The position numbers were made by a program, and so were the translations under genes. The notes below the pieces were generated by a model. It worked only from the letters and a program-made list of their open reading frames with translations, was not told the DNA's origin and did no database searches. A DNA stretch of 63,293 nucleotides, counting the filler, from Bonamia ostreae (lineage: Eukaryota): NCBI GenBank assembly GCA_040357525.1. It is 28 parts of 28 records of this genome, joined end to end, with 100 filler letters (N's around TTAATTAATTAA, not from the genome) between each part and the next. Parts side by side here need not be neighbours in the genome. Positions count along the whole stretch, not along the records: positions 1 to 2,187 come from JBDODL010000990.1; positions 2,288 to 4,471 come from JBDODL010000991.1; positions 4,572 to 6,755 come from JBDODL010000992.1; positions 6,856 to 9,038 come from JBDODL010000993.1; positions 9,139 to 11,319 come from JBDODL010000994.1; 23 more parts are not named here. One strand, written 5' to 3'. Position 1 is the first letter of the stretch, and every line of letters starts with the position of its first letter. This document shows, one piece after another, positions 1 through 11,419 of the stretch.

Positions 1-2187
1 TCAAGTTGCCTGTTTGTATTATGATACTAAGATTAGATAAATGAACTATTGTTTACACTAATCATAACTACACAAACAAAAATGACGTGTGTACGTGTGA
101 CTTTGCCCGTCTATCCTATTACCGTGTATTTGAAAACCCAAACATATGTTACAAGAATAAAATGTTCGGAATATCCATTCATATATACATATGCATGTAT
201 GTACGTTAATACCAAGGATAACCTATGATATATTATAGTTTATTTTCAATGGGGTCCTTTGATGTACGAATTTTGGAACTAGATGGCAATTATGTGAAAG
301 GAAATCGGAGCACCTGAAAGAAACCCAGGTATTCGAAAGGGCGAACACCATGCCCCATCGCATACAACTCCTGTCGATAACGTGGATCGAACTCGGCTGG
401 TAGCGGTGAGAAGAGAGAGCGCTGTGTCTGAGCTGCCGTTGGCTCAACAAACGTATTGACTGGTAGTGATTCAACGCGTTTAAACCCTTTTGAAATCATA
501 TACTCCATCATTTAGGGTTTGGATGGCCTACACTTTTTTTATTATTCTAAATTTATACAACGTTTTATCTAATTTACACAAGTACCCTAACACGTTTTGC
601 ATGTAAATCAATACTAAAACAAAGAACAATGAATTCATAAAAATACATCAAATAATATCAAACTGAAGTAAATGAACAGATAAAATGATATACTTTTTCT
701 TCGCCGTATGCAAGTGCATGTATCTACGGAACTCTATGAGCAACATATGAATATTTATTTACTGAGGATTTTTCTATCAATGACAGTATGAGTAATATCA
801 ACATATAATATCATTTCCTTCTGTCCTTTTTGCAAGGTTTTTATCATGTGACATCTATAACAAGGGATTATTCCGTCAGGTAAGGTAACTATTACTGAAC
901 AAACCACCTTCTTCATTGTATCGTCAATGTTTTTGCAGTACCTAATGTACAAATTGGAAATGCCCATGTATATTAATATTGTGACATTATGACATCGTAA
1001 TTTGGTTTAATAAACTTTGAGCAATGCAAATAGTGCATTTGATTTTCGTCTTAATTTTCCTACAATTCTTAATAAGTTTCTAAGATATTGTTTTCATAAA
1101 CAGAACAGTTCGTCAGCTTTAGCTATAACAAATTCATAAGTTTAAAACTGCAGTGGTTTTCGCCTGTGCTAATAATCCTTCAAGTAGGGGAAATTTACAG
1201 TCATATTGGCAGTTTCGGTAAAATTTGAATTAAATCATGAATACAACGGCGTTGTTCAGCATTCATTGATCTATGAGTGTTGTCATTGCAATTCATTTAT
1301 ATTTAAAGTCACATGTTCTCATCAAAAACCATCGTCAACAATCACTTATGTAACAAAAATGTTTTCAAAGTCCNNNNNNNNNNCCACCCCAACCACCCCC
1401 GCCAACACACACCTACCAACCACACACCACCCCAAAGTCCGATTCCTTCACAATTCCAGAAATATCCATCATAAAATTTAAGTGGAATTTTCTATTAAAT
1501 ATAAACCCCACACGTTTCTATTGACGTCAGGAAAAATAACATTTTCTTTCCTAATCATTTGGATATATACACAACTTGAATTTTCCACAAATCAGTGACA
1601 TTTATGAACATGTAACAGGAGTTATTCCTGAATTTCCTCTGAATCTAATAGTTGCAATACAGAATTTTACAAATAAGTTTCCCATAAAAAAAACATGTTT
1701 ACTAATGTGTTGTTACTAAAAGAAAAAAGAAACACCGCACATTGGATTCAAAACCAATTCTAAATCCACTGCAAAAACCTGAAATTGAAATATGTAACAT
1801 TCGACCCGCAAAGTATCAACAAATCAACTGACTTCACCAGNNNNNNNNNNTTTACAGGGGTAAGAAGAGGAATAAAACACAAACAGAATACACTCTTTTA
1901 TCTGTAAAATTACAAAAATAAACCAAATGAAGATTAATAGCCTTTTTTTTCTTTTTTAAACGTTTTATACGGGCTAAATATGTGATTCAGCTACACGGTT
2001 TTATCATTTCCCCAACACACCAATCCCATTTTCCATTAATCTCTGTTTACTACTTTCACATGCTAATATAATAGACTACTACCTGTTTAAAAGAATGTGT
2101 ACTAGTCTAGTTTCCAACGCTATATACGCACTTTTCGTGTCTGAAGTATCCACTTTTTTACTTTGATCATTATCTGACATAACCAAT

Positions 2188-2287
2188 NNNNNNNNNNNNN
2201 NNNNNNNNNNNNNNNNNNNNNNNNNNNNNNNTTAATTAATTAANNNNNNNNNNNNNNNNNNNNNNNNNNNNNNNNNNNNNNNNNNNN
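2188..2287. other. Artificial contig linker (44 N + TTAATTAATTAA + 44 N); first of 27 such linkers
   Basis: The same 100-nt block with stops in all six frames recurs about every 2.25-2.29 kb (4472, 6756, 9039, 11320, 13597, 15870, 18143, 20413, 22682, 24950, 27218, 29485, 31749, 34012, 36271, 38528, 40784, 43040, 45294, 47546, 49798, 52050, 54300, 56550, 58799, 61047). Contig lengths fall from 2187 to 2147 nt. Confidence 0.99.
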
Positions 2288-4596
2288 AAATTGCCATCTA
2301 ATTACAATGACTTTGTATTGACTGTCATCGTTCTCTTTAGGTATTTGAGATTTTTATAATGCATATGTTGTTTAAACAAAGACATCATTTAGTCGAATAG
2401 ACTTTGTTAAACATTTCATTTTGATAACAGTCTATTTATATGGCGATTTGCTTTTCTTATAGAAGAAAAATGTAACGTATTTGGCATATTTCTTTCGTGT
2501 ACGACTTGAGTTACGTACGACTTGTCTTGCATGTAGTCCATGTTAGTGTTGAATTCCGGTCTAGATAGATGTCGGATTGATTTCCGCAGCGTGTTATCCT
2601 TCACCATTAGCCCCCCACCAAAGGCAAAAAACATAACACACGTGTCCTTTACATGATGGAAGGGAGTTACCAACCTTGCACTACCCCTCCCCCGGACCCG
2701 TAGAACCGTTGGGTTTCTGTTGGCGTTTTCCTTCCCCTAGTCACATGTTTCTGTTATATAAAGGCGCCGTAGAATCGCCTTTTGACACTGTCACTTAGCT
2801 ACCGAAATATTCCCAGAGTCACCAACGGGGAGGTGTGCCATATGACTAACTAGCAGAACCTATTTGAGTCGGTAGGCATTAACTCAATATAAACAGTAGT
2901 CACTGGTATTTTCAATGCAGTAAATGCATATCTCAAATCATTAAAATGAACTTGCTGAGGTTACCGAAAGTTGTGATGGCCTCCATGTATCCAGCGATGA
3001 TGCACACTTAAACACAACACACTTTTTAGATAAAGTTGACTTGAAGAGAAAGGTACATGCAAATAGCATATTAGTTTAAATTAGACTTACCTATTATTTT
3101 TAAATAAAAAGACTTCTTTTTGTAAAATCTTGTCCAGTAAGGTTCTTTCGAGGAAGAATTATTCCATGGTAGACTTCCATTCGAGGCAATGCAATATTCT
3201 TGAGCTTTAAACCAGTTTACTCCACGTATGCCTATGAAATGTATACTTAACTAAACCGAAGAAAACAATTAACAGATATCCATTTAACGGAAATAATCCA
3301 CAGGTTCAGAACATTCACCAGTATCAGATATTGTTGTGATCTTGGACATGATAAAGAATGCTCTTGCACTTCTATGCATAATCTCCCTTTCATCATATTA
3401 TAGCACAATATTACACAATTTACACGTATGCCGCTTGGGATACTTTATTTTGTTTTGAAACTTAACATCTCTTTACCGTTTCTTTTACCAGAAAGAAATT
3501 TAAACGAATGAGTTAACTTTTTTAATACATTAAACTTCATCTTTTACTATCTATTTGTTTTAATTTTTCCCTTTTTCTATGGAAAACGAACCCGATTGTT
3601 GTCAAGTAATCGAATATCATTAAAACTTCTATAAAATCCTATGGAAAGAACAGAGCTCAATAGCTTATAGAGCAATTTCAGTACTACCCAAAAGCACAGA
3701 AAAAAATTTAAAAAAAATTTCGACAAAAGTTATTTATATAGATCACAAACTAGTCCTGCAAATATAACATGCGTTCACATATGGATGCATTCGCCAGACA
3801 GCAGCTGATCACAAAAAAGTTAGATTTTCGAGATCATTCAATCATATTATATTTTAAGATACAATCATAACCATGTGTAAGATTCAATGTCAAAGTGCAA
3901 CCGAAACTGAGCTTATTTAGAACTACTACTGTAGACAATTAACTATACATACAGGGAACGACAAATTTTTGTGTATGGGAATACTCAATACAGGCTGATT
4001 AAACATTCGATATGTCGTGTAAACTGCTATGATCGTTTCAAAATCATAAACCACATATTGTTTAGAAATTAAAACTGCATGTATATAGTGATGTTTTAAA
4101 CTTAAACATAACATATCTGAAATATTGGTATATATATGATAGGCCCGAATCTAAGAGATTTGAATCTGAGTTGCGTATTATTGTCAATTGGTTTAGAAGC
4201 ATAAATGTATTTTTGAAATTCTGCATTGAAGGCAATTATAAAAACAAAAAGAAAAATAGTGAGTTTGTGCTTTTCATTGAGCTACGGTGTGCTAAACTGA
4301 ACCGTTTTATATTTGAAATATATTTTTATTATAGTACTAGATGCCCATTCTACTTTTACATGTTAGTGTCATTAATACATAAGCATCTAATATCTATCAT
4401 TATACTGTATTAACAGTCATATCTTCTAACAATATTGATAAAGAAAGGTTTTATTCTATTAGAACAAAAACNNNNNNNNNNNNNNNNNNNNNNNNNNNNN
4501 NNNNNNNNNNNNNNNTTAATTAATTAANNNNNNNNNNNNNNNNNNNNNNNNNNNNNNNNNNNNNNNNNNNNCAATTTAATTAAAATAATGTTCAAG

Positions 4597-5009
4597 ATTA
4601 CGAAATCTGTTTTGGTCATCCATATATGGCTCCAAATGTCGATATGAATTCTGTTTTAAATTGTTTCGACGCAATTAAGAATTCAATTTGCTATATTTTG
4701 TGTCAGAAAAATTTTCATATTATTGGTAACAATCCAACATGCGTAATTCAATCGCTGACGGGGATCTATAGATGGACTTCTGATTATTCTTGTCAAATTA
4801 ACGAACCCATCGAAAAAGTTTAATTCTTATATTGTCAGGATGCTAACCATAGAATATATATGATCTATGTGATGTGTGGATTGGCGGGATCGACAGGCGT
4901 TATTGCATCGATAGTAAGGTTAATAAAAAGCAACACAGATTGGTTTTACGAAGAGGACGATTCGTTTTACAACTTTTCAAAAGAAAATCTTATTTCCTCA
5001 TTTGAATAA
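4597..5009 (+). CDS. 3' part of a hypothetical single-pass membrane protein with a Cys-containing ectodomain (one 21-nt intron)
   Basis: ORF 4626-4823 continues after removing GTTTAATTCTTATATTGTCAG (4818-4838) into DANHRIYMIYVMCGLAGSTGVIASIVRLIK...FE* (TAA 5007-5009). Hydrophobic segment near the C-terminus. No family recognised. Confidence 0.5.
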
Positions 5010-5120
5010 ACATTTTTAAAAATTTTCAAATTGAGAATGATTGTTTGTCGTTTTATTTTCAAAGTTTTCATCGATAAAATGTAAATTGCTTTTTGCCGAT
5101 TTTAAATAAAATTTAAAAAA

Positions 5121-5192
5121 TGCGCCAACGGGGAATCGAACCCCGGCCGGCTGATTGGAAGTCAGCAATCATAACCATTAGACTATTGGCGC
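5121..5192 (-). tRNA. tRNA-Gly(TCC), eukaryotic type
   Basis: Minus strand reads GCGCCAA...GCTGA-CTTCCAA-TCAGC...GGTTCGATTCC...TTGGCGC-A: full cloverleaf, anticodon TCC, no encoded CCA, followed immediately by TTTTTT (Pol III terminator). Confidence 0.96.
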
Positions 5193-5209
5193 TTACTGAA
5201 TACAAAAAT

Positions 5210-6110
5210 TTATGTTTTATATTTTTGTTCCAAATAGTCCAAAAAATTATTTGAACTTTTGTTTCGTTTTCTTTTTATCATTTCCGATAATTTTTTCATA
5301 TCGTCGTTCGCTTTTCTTTTTCTCGATTTTTTAGGTTTTTTCGAAATGGCTTTGTTCCTTTTAGATTTGATTATTCTAAACTTTGTTTTGTCAAAAATCG
5401 TCTTAAATTTTTTGTTTTTCAGTTTTCCAGATTTAAAATTCTTTTCAATTATTTGCACAAATCGTTCTGCGTCCTCTTCTTCGCAACTCAAAGGGACATA
5501 ATCAAACAGTCTTTTTATGATTAGCAAACAACTTTATAAAATTTCCTTGAACCAATTCAATGTAATGAAGAACATCGTTTTCTTCTTCTTTCGATTTTTT
5601 GTACGTTTTCTTTAATTTTGTGTTGAGAAAAATAGTTAAAACAGCATATTCGTCAATATCTTTTTCAGTCACTTTCTTAAATTCGTCTCGAAAATATTGA
5701 TAAGCGTCGTTAAAAGAGTCAAATTCCAGTTTTTCGAAATCGGTTTTACCAGTTTTGTCGTAAATTCTGCGTTTTTTGGGATCCGCCAAAATTGATTTTA
5801 TTTTTACTAAAAGTTGGAAATCTTCTTTCGTTCCTTTTTTGCTTTTATCCGGATGCAATTTTAGTGCCAATGATCTAAATGCTTTAATTTTTTTTAATTT
5901 TTGATAATTTTCATGTCTCTGCAAAAATTTTATTATTAACGAAATTGATCAAATATTCAACAACAAAATTTTTTAATTTAGAATTTTAAATTTTGACAAA
6001 AAATTTTTTAAAATTTAGCTTTAAATTTTGCCTTTTAAAATATCGCTGTTATTTGCATTTTTTTGCAATCCCAAAATTTCGTAGAAATCTTTCGATTTGT
6101 CTAAAAACAT
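5210..6110 (-). CDS. DNAJC9: J-domain co-chaperone, DNAJC9-like (231 aa after removing introns 5882-6031 GC-AG, 5610-5642, 5511-5532)
   Basis: Spliced product [39 protein letters not shown]...DIDEYAKTYKKSKEEENDV...FLDYLEQKYKT. HPD motif plus the YKxSxEExxD and LExKY segments typical of DNAJC9. Spliced length 696 nt. Confidence 0.85.
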
Positions 6111-6201
6111 TATGTACAAAAAGACTAAATTGGGATTTTTAAATTTAGCTTTTCCAGATATAAAGCAAAATTTTACTGACTGAAGTTTTTCAAAAATTGG
6201 A

Positions 6202-6694
6202 ATGAAAGCTAAACTAGCAAAACAAATCCTGACATTCGTAAATTTTAATAATATTTAGACTCCTTCGGCAATACGACGAATTAAATGGCTTTTGGACAAA
6301 AATAAAAAGTACTTTAAATTTTTCGCTGTTTTATATCTTTTTAAATAAAACAGAATTATCGAAATTTTGCAAAAATCTAGTTTATTGAACATTAAAATTC
6401 AACAAAATCCATAAATTAAGAGCTTACGGACTATTGCTTGACATAAAATATCGCGGATGCAGTGGCAAAACATATAAAATGGATTACGCAGAAAAATCGC
6501 AAATCCAAAAATTCGATGAAGTTGTTACTGAAGAAGACATAAAAGTAGTCGTCAAATCGAGAGCAGTGCTCAATTTGATCGGCACTGAAATCGACTATAA
6601 AGAAGATGAAATTTCTAGCAAATTTATTTTTAATAATCCAAATGTCGACGAAACATGTGGGTGCGGCGAATCCTTTCACACCAAAAAACAATAA
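6202..6694 (+). CDS. ISCA1: Iron-sulfur cluster A-type carrier IscA1/Isa1 (119 aa; introns 6238-6258, 6309-6420)
   Basis: Spliced MKAKLAKQILTFTPSAIRRIKWLLDKNKKAYGLLLDIKYRGCSGKTY...GTEIDY...FIFNNPN...CGCGESF carries all HesB/IscA motifs. Confidence 0.92.
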
Positions 6695-6958
6695 ATTTTT
6701 TTACTAAAAAAGTCAATTTTATTTTTAACAACGATTTTGGTCATTTGTTACCATTNNNNNNNNNNNNNNNNNNNNNNNNNNNNNNNNNNNNNNNNNNNNT
6801 TAATTAATTAANNNNNNNNNNNNNNNNNNNNNNNNNNNNNNNNNNNNNNNNNNNNAATGTAGAAGAGATTTGCGAAATAGCAAATCAAAATGATCAACAG
6901 CATCAAAAAAAGAAAACAAAAGATGTATATCTTGTCGAAGGTACCTTCATAAATTTGA

Positions 6959-7818
6959 CTAAAAACATTTGTCACATTCCCTAGCAGGAACACATTCTTT
7001 CAAATCGTCACTCTCTTCACAATCGATCTGTTTGCAAATCCACCTTCTGTGATACGGAACTGATACCAAGTAAAACTCCTTTCCATAAACTATTGCAAAC
7101 CTCGCTGCAGTCGTCGCTTCTGACATTAATTCCAACGACTTCTCCATTTTCATTCATCGAAAAAGACGATTTTGTCATTGAACACTTTTCGTAATCTGAA
7201 AAATTCGCTTTCAAGCAGATATTCTCTTTGAAGAGATGCTTGTTTTCACAATTTATCAACGTGGATTCTCCGTACATCAACTTCAAATGCTTTTTTCTTC
7301 CCGGCGCTCCCCAATAAAAAATGTCGTTTTTGTCGCCTAATTTTAATAGATAAACCGAATCCGTACGTGCTCGCTATCTTTGCTTTACGGTGGTAACAAT
7401 CAGGGTCTATGCGCAAAAGAGCAAGATCGTAGTTCATTTTGTCACTGTCGTTTGTTCCGTCTAAAGGATAGTCGGGGTGTAACATGACTTGGTGCACATT
7501 GGAAGATTGGGATTCTTCCGCTCTTAAGATAAAAAAGGTTACAGCAAAGGGCGGAACAAGTCTGTTCTTCCGACAGAAACGCCGACGTAACCGATGTTCT
7601 GACTTTATCTTAAAAACCTTTTTGGAAACGCATGAAGCAGTAGTTAAAACCCATTCTTTGTTTAAAAGTATTCCCGAGCAAATGAAGGAGCCGTACGTGT
7701 CGAATAGAATAGCTAACGAAGCCGTTTTACAGGTTTGGCCGCATGCTTTGTCGATTACTTCTGTAAACGAGACGCGGAACATGAAAAAAAGGAAGATTTT
7801 GTGTATAAAAACAGACAT
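6959..7818 (-). CDS. Secreted trypsin-fold serine protease homologue, predicted non-catalytic (259 aa; introns 7599-7617, 7523-7542, 7337-7355, 7079-7100)
   Basis: Signal-peptide-like N-terminus; FICSGILLNKEWVLTTASC, VSVGRTDL, VMLHPDY, YDLALLRI, FYWG, GEVVGINV..DC and YLVSVPYHRRWI follow the S1A scaffold in order. The His site reads TASC and the GDSGG site reads CSMTKSS. Confidence 0.82.
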
Positions 7819-8436
7819 TATAATTTGTGGTCAGTTTTCGACGAAATTTTATTTTCAGTTTATACAATTTTAGATATTACAAAATGAAATTATCTCGCTT
7901 TGAGATTTTTTGTTTTCCATTTTTTGGCGATTATAGCAATTTGACCATTTTTTGTTTACGCAGCAATATTTTATCAAATTTTTTCGTTTATTTAATTTTT
8001 TATCTTTAAAACAATGTTTAGTCGTTTATTAATCTCTAACGGAAATAACAGCGTCGGAAAATTAGATAAAAGACTGAAAATATTAGAGATGAGGCCAAGT
8101 CAATTAGACTCAGCTTCTCACTAGATTTACAGTCGATTTCAACGTTGAAATTAAAATAAACTTAAATAACGTTGAACGTAAAATTATTTTTTTAAAAATT
8201 TATAAAAATTATAATTTCCTGTTTTAATAAAATCGTTGTAACACAAAAAAGGGCTTTTCAAATCATTTTTTAAATAATTTAAAATTTGCTTACAAAATAA
8301 GTCAAATATGACGTTGGTCATTATCAACTTGTCATCATTTTATTATACGAAAACTGTTAATTTAAAGCAAATCGTTATTTAAATAAGCCAAGCAATAAAA
8401 TTATCATTTTATAAAGTATACCAGTGCACTCTAGAA

Positions 8437-8691
8437 ATGGGGACTTGTGGTACAAAGTTATCAAAAGAAGAGAAAAAGCAGCTGATGATATCAAAGCAGA
8501 TTGATAAAAAGGCGACGGACGATTTTAAAACAGTTGACGAAGCGATAAAAGTGCTTTTGTTGGGACCGGGAGAGTCTGGAAAAAGCACATTGCTCAAACA
8601 AATGAATAATCTCTATTCGAAAGGTTATGACGAAGATGAGACGCGATCGTTCATTCATATAATCAGAGAGAATTTGTTGACAACTTTTCAG
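8437..8691 (+). CDS. Heterotrimeric G-protein alpha subunit, first exon (gene truncated by contig end)
   Basis: MGTCGTK lipidation-type N-terminus and KVLLLGPGESGKSTLLKQM P-loop; donor GTTCAA at 8692. Confidence 0.93.
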
Positions 8692-9038
8692 GTTCAAAAA
8701 TAAAAAACGAAAATTTTAATAATCGAACATTTTACAAAAAATCGAAAAAAATTAAAAAAGAACGAAAATTTTAATAATCGAACATTTTATAAAAAATCGA
8801 AAAAAATTAAAAAAGAACGAAAAAATTTTTATAAAAACAAAAAAATTATAAAAAACATCGAAAAATTTTATAAAAATTTATAAAAAACGAAAAATTTTTA
8901 CAATCGAAAATTGATAAAAATCGAAAAAAATTAAAAAAGAACGAAAAAAATTTATAAACGATAAAAATTTATAAAAAAATGAAAAAAATTTATAAAAAAC
9001 GAAAAATTTTTACAATCGAAAATTGATAAAAATCGAAA
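8692..9038 (+). repeat. Degenerate A-rich minisatellite inside the G-alpha intron
   Basis: Recurrent ~57-nt unit like AACGAAAATTTT(T)AATAATCGAACATTTTAYAAAAAATCGAAAAAAATTAAAAAAG, and variants. Confidence 0.75.
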
Positions 9039-9499
9039 NNNNNNNNNNNNNNNNNNNNNNNNNNNNNNNNNNNNNNNNNNNNTTAATTAATTAANNNNNN
9101 NNNNNNNNNNNNNNNNNNNNNNNNNNNNNNNNNNNNNNAACAATCATAAAAATTTCAAGTATCACTGGTCGCAACATCAAGACCCTAAAAATTTTATCAT
9201 TAAAGAAAAATTCGCAACCATCTGGGCAAATTTTGGCTATATCAAAAAATGACATTCGAAAAATTAAAAACAACCAAAAACATTCGTTAAGTTCAAGCAC
9301 TTTTAATCACACTTCGATTAAAAATGCTCCAAGGTGAAAATGCTTGCTAACCTGGAATCCCCGCAAAAGAAGACATATTTTAACTACTAGACAATTGGAG
9401 TAGAAGATATTTAAAATGCAATTTCGTTCATGTGATTTTTACAGATGAGGCAAGAGCAGCATTAAATGGCTCTGACAGGTGACAAAAGGGGTGGGTTTA

Positions 9500-9725
9500 A
9501 AAGACTCGCCTAAACCAGTAAAACTTTGATGGTTTGGCCTCCATTCAACGGATTTAAATCCAATAGAAAATATTTGGTAAAATGGAAAAATAACGAAAAA
9601 AAGAATTATTTGGAAAAATATTTGGAAAGAAAGTAAATAAATTTTCACAAAAATTTGATAAAAAAAATTATAATCAGTCGATGAATAAAAGAATTTTCGA
9701 TATTGTACGTCAAGAAGGATGTGTG
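9500..9725 (+). pseudogene. Decayed Tc1/mariner (DD34E-type) transposase C-terminal remnant
   Basis: MVWPP[frameshift]STDLNPIENIW* resembles the WPxxSPDLNPIENxW motif. Downstream SMNKRIFDIVRQEG resembles the Tc1 terminal SMxxRxxxVIxxxG. Stops and frameshifts are present. Confidence 0.7.
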
Positions 9726-9954
9726 ATGGCTCTGGTTCGGACTAAATGATGGGTTCGAATCTCGATGCTGTCGTTTCCCAACTGATGTCAAGAGGAAACG
9801 TAGATTTATCTGAATTCCTAATTTGACTGAGGTTGCCTTAAAAAATTTTCAAAGAAAATTAAATTTCTTGATTTTTAGATTAAGTTATCTGAGCCGTTAA
9901 AACTTTAAAATGAAAATTAAACTTTAAATTAAAAAAATTGAAATTTTATCATTT

Positions 9955-10170
9955 CCTGTTCTTCAAGTCTTTTATATAAATTGGACATAAAGCGGATCCT
10001 CGTGTAACCCCTTTGCCAAAATAAAACTTTCTTGATTTTTCCCATTTAAAAGAACTTTTACACTTCTTTTTTTAATAAATGATTCGAAAAATTTCAGATA
10101 TTGTCGCTGATAGATACCCAACTGAATTATTTTATTAACAATATTTGCCATTCATACAATCATACGCTAG
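9955..10170 (-). pseudogene. Decayed non-LTR retrotransposon reverse transcriptase remnant
   Basis: Across frameshifts: AYDCMN...KIIQLGI...LKFFESFIKKRSVKVLLNGK...KGVTRGSALCP.IYIKDL. This follows the LINE RT order AFDxV...LxxxGI...SFLxxRxxxVxxNG...GVPQGSxLxP...IYxxDL. Confidence 0.6.
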
Positions 10171-11419
10171 AAGAAAAAAGGGACGAAAAAGAAACAGATT
10201 TGGGCAAATCAGAAAAAATATAAGAAAACAAAATTGAAATTTCCAACAACATTGATTCTATTAGCTTTGAAAATGGCAAAATTATTGCTGAACTATATTC
10301 TATAGTTTGACAATTTTTTGTCCCTTTATTTTTAAATGATTTACGAATATCTTCTTGGGAAAAAATTAAATTATTCACTTAAAAAATTATAGTGACCATA
10401 TTAAAATCAAAAGTAACGTTTTAATGTTCAATTAATAATTTACAAAAAGGAACAAAAAGAAAAACATTAATAATTTTTATTTAGGAGTGTCAGGGCAGAG
10501 ATGATCGAGTAAATCAGTAATAACTTAAAAAAACAAAAAAGATTTTGCTTATAAAAATTTGAATAATATGATATGTGATTGAATGAAATATCTTCTGCAA
10601 AGAAGAACACCCGACGAGAATGTCTAATCATATTTTTATTAAAATAAAATTTGATCAAATTTCTCTCGGGGAGATGCTTCTATAAGAAGATTTGCTGGTT
10701 TTACCTTGTTTTGTTTGAAATTCAAACAAAAAAAACATTTTGCAATTGGCTGACGATTTCGTTTTATGGAAACACTGAAAGACTTAAACGCGATCAAAAA
10801 AGGTCAATAAAAAATTATTCGATATATAAAAAGTAGAGATTGAAAACTTTCCCTAAAAAATGTGTAGCGATAATATTAGCCGTAAACACAAAATCTCCTG
10901 ATATCCTTCGGGGCAATAAAATCTCGTGTAAAGAAAAGCTCAAAACTTTATTACTCTGTACAAATGATGTAATAAAAACAAATAATTTTTAAACATAAAA
11001 ATAAATATAATTTTTAAAATTAAAAATAAATGATGTAAATAATTTTTAAGCATGATTTTAAATATAATAATAAATATAATTCATAAATGAATTGTACCAA
11101 AAATTATGAAATAAAAATAGATGTCGATAGAAGTTTCATTATTGGCGACTATAATTACTTCGGAGATGAAGAAAAAACATAGTTTGAATTAATTTACCAT
11201 TTATTCAATTAATTCGGCTTACACAAAATTTTTGATATAAATTTGTAATATTTATCTTTTTATTTTTATAGCGAACAAGCGAAAAAAGATTTATTTGAAA
11301 TTTTGACAAATATCTTTGANNNNNNNNNNNNNNNNNNNNNNNNNNNNNNNNNNNNNNNNNNNNTTAATTAATTAANNNNNNNNNNNNNNNNNNNNNNNNN
11401 NNNNNNNNNNNNNNNNNNN

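Noticed and set aside
290-511. 73-aa minus-strand ORF in the first contig
   Set aside because: No recognisable motif and no supporting exon structure; cannot be distinguished from chance.
2288-4471. Short ORFs and a TATA-like TATATAAAGG near 2756 in host-like DNA; likewise short ORFs in 47646-49797
   Set aside because: No coding signal or family motif; a lone TATA-like word in AT-rich DNA is insufficient.
6238-6258. Stop-codon reassignment to explain in-frame TAA/TAG in IscA, COX15 and others
   Set aside because: The stops lie inside GT-AG segments whose removal restores conserved spacing. Many other breaks shift frame, which recoding cannot explain, and genes end normally at TAA/TAG/TGA.
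9720-9785. GGGTTCGAATCTC as part of a tRNA or SINE
   Set aside because: Only a T-loop/B-box-like word; I could not build an acceptor stem or cloverleaf around it.
10650-10970. Possible pogo/Tigger transposase relic (GNKISCKEKLKTLLLCTND)
   Set aside because: Resemblance to the KxxKxRxTxLLCxN motif is short and unsupported by other clear motifs; needs a profile search.
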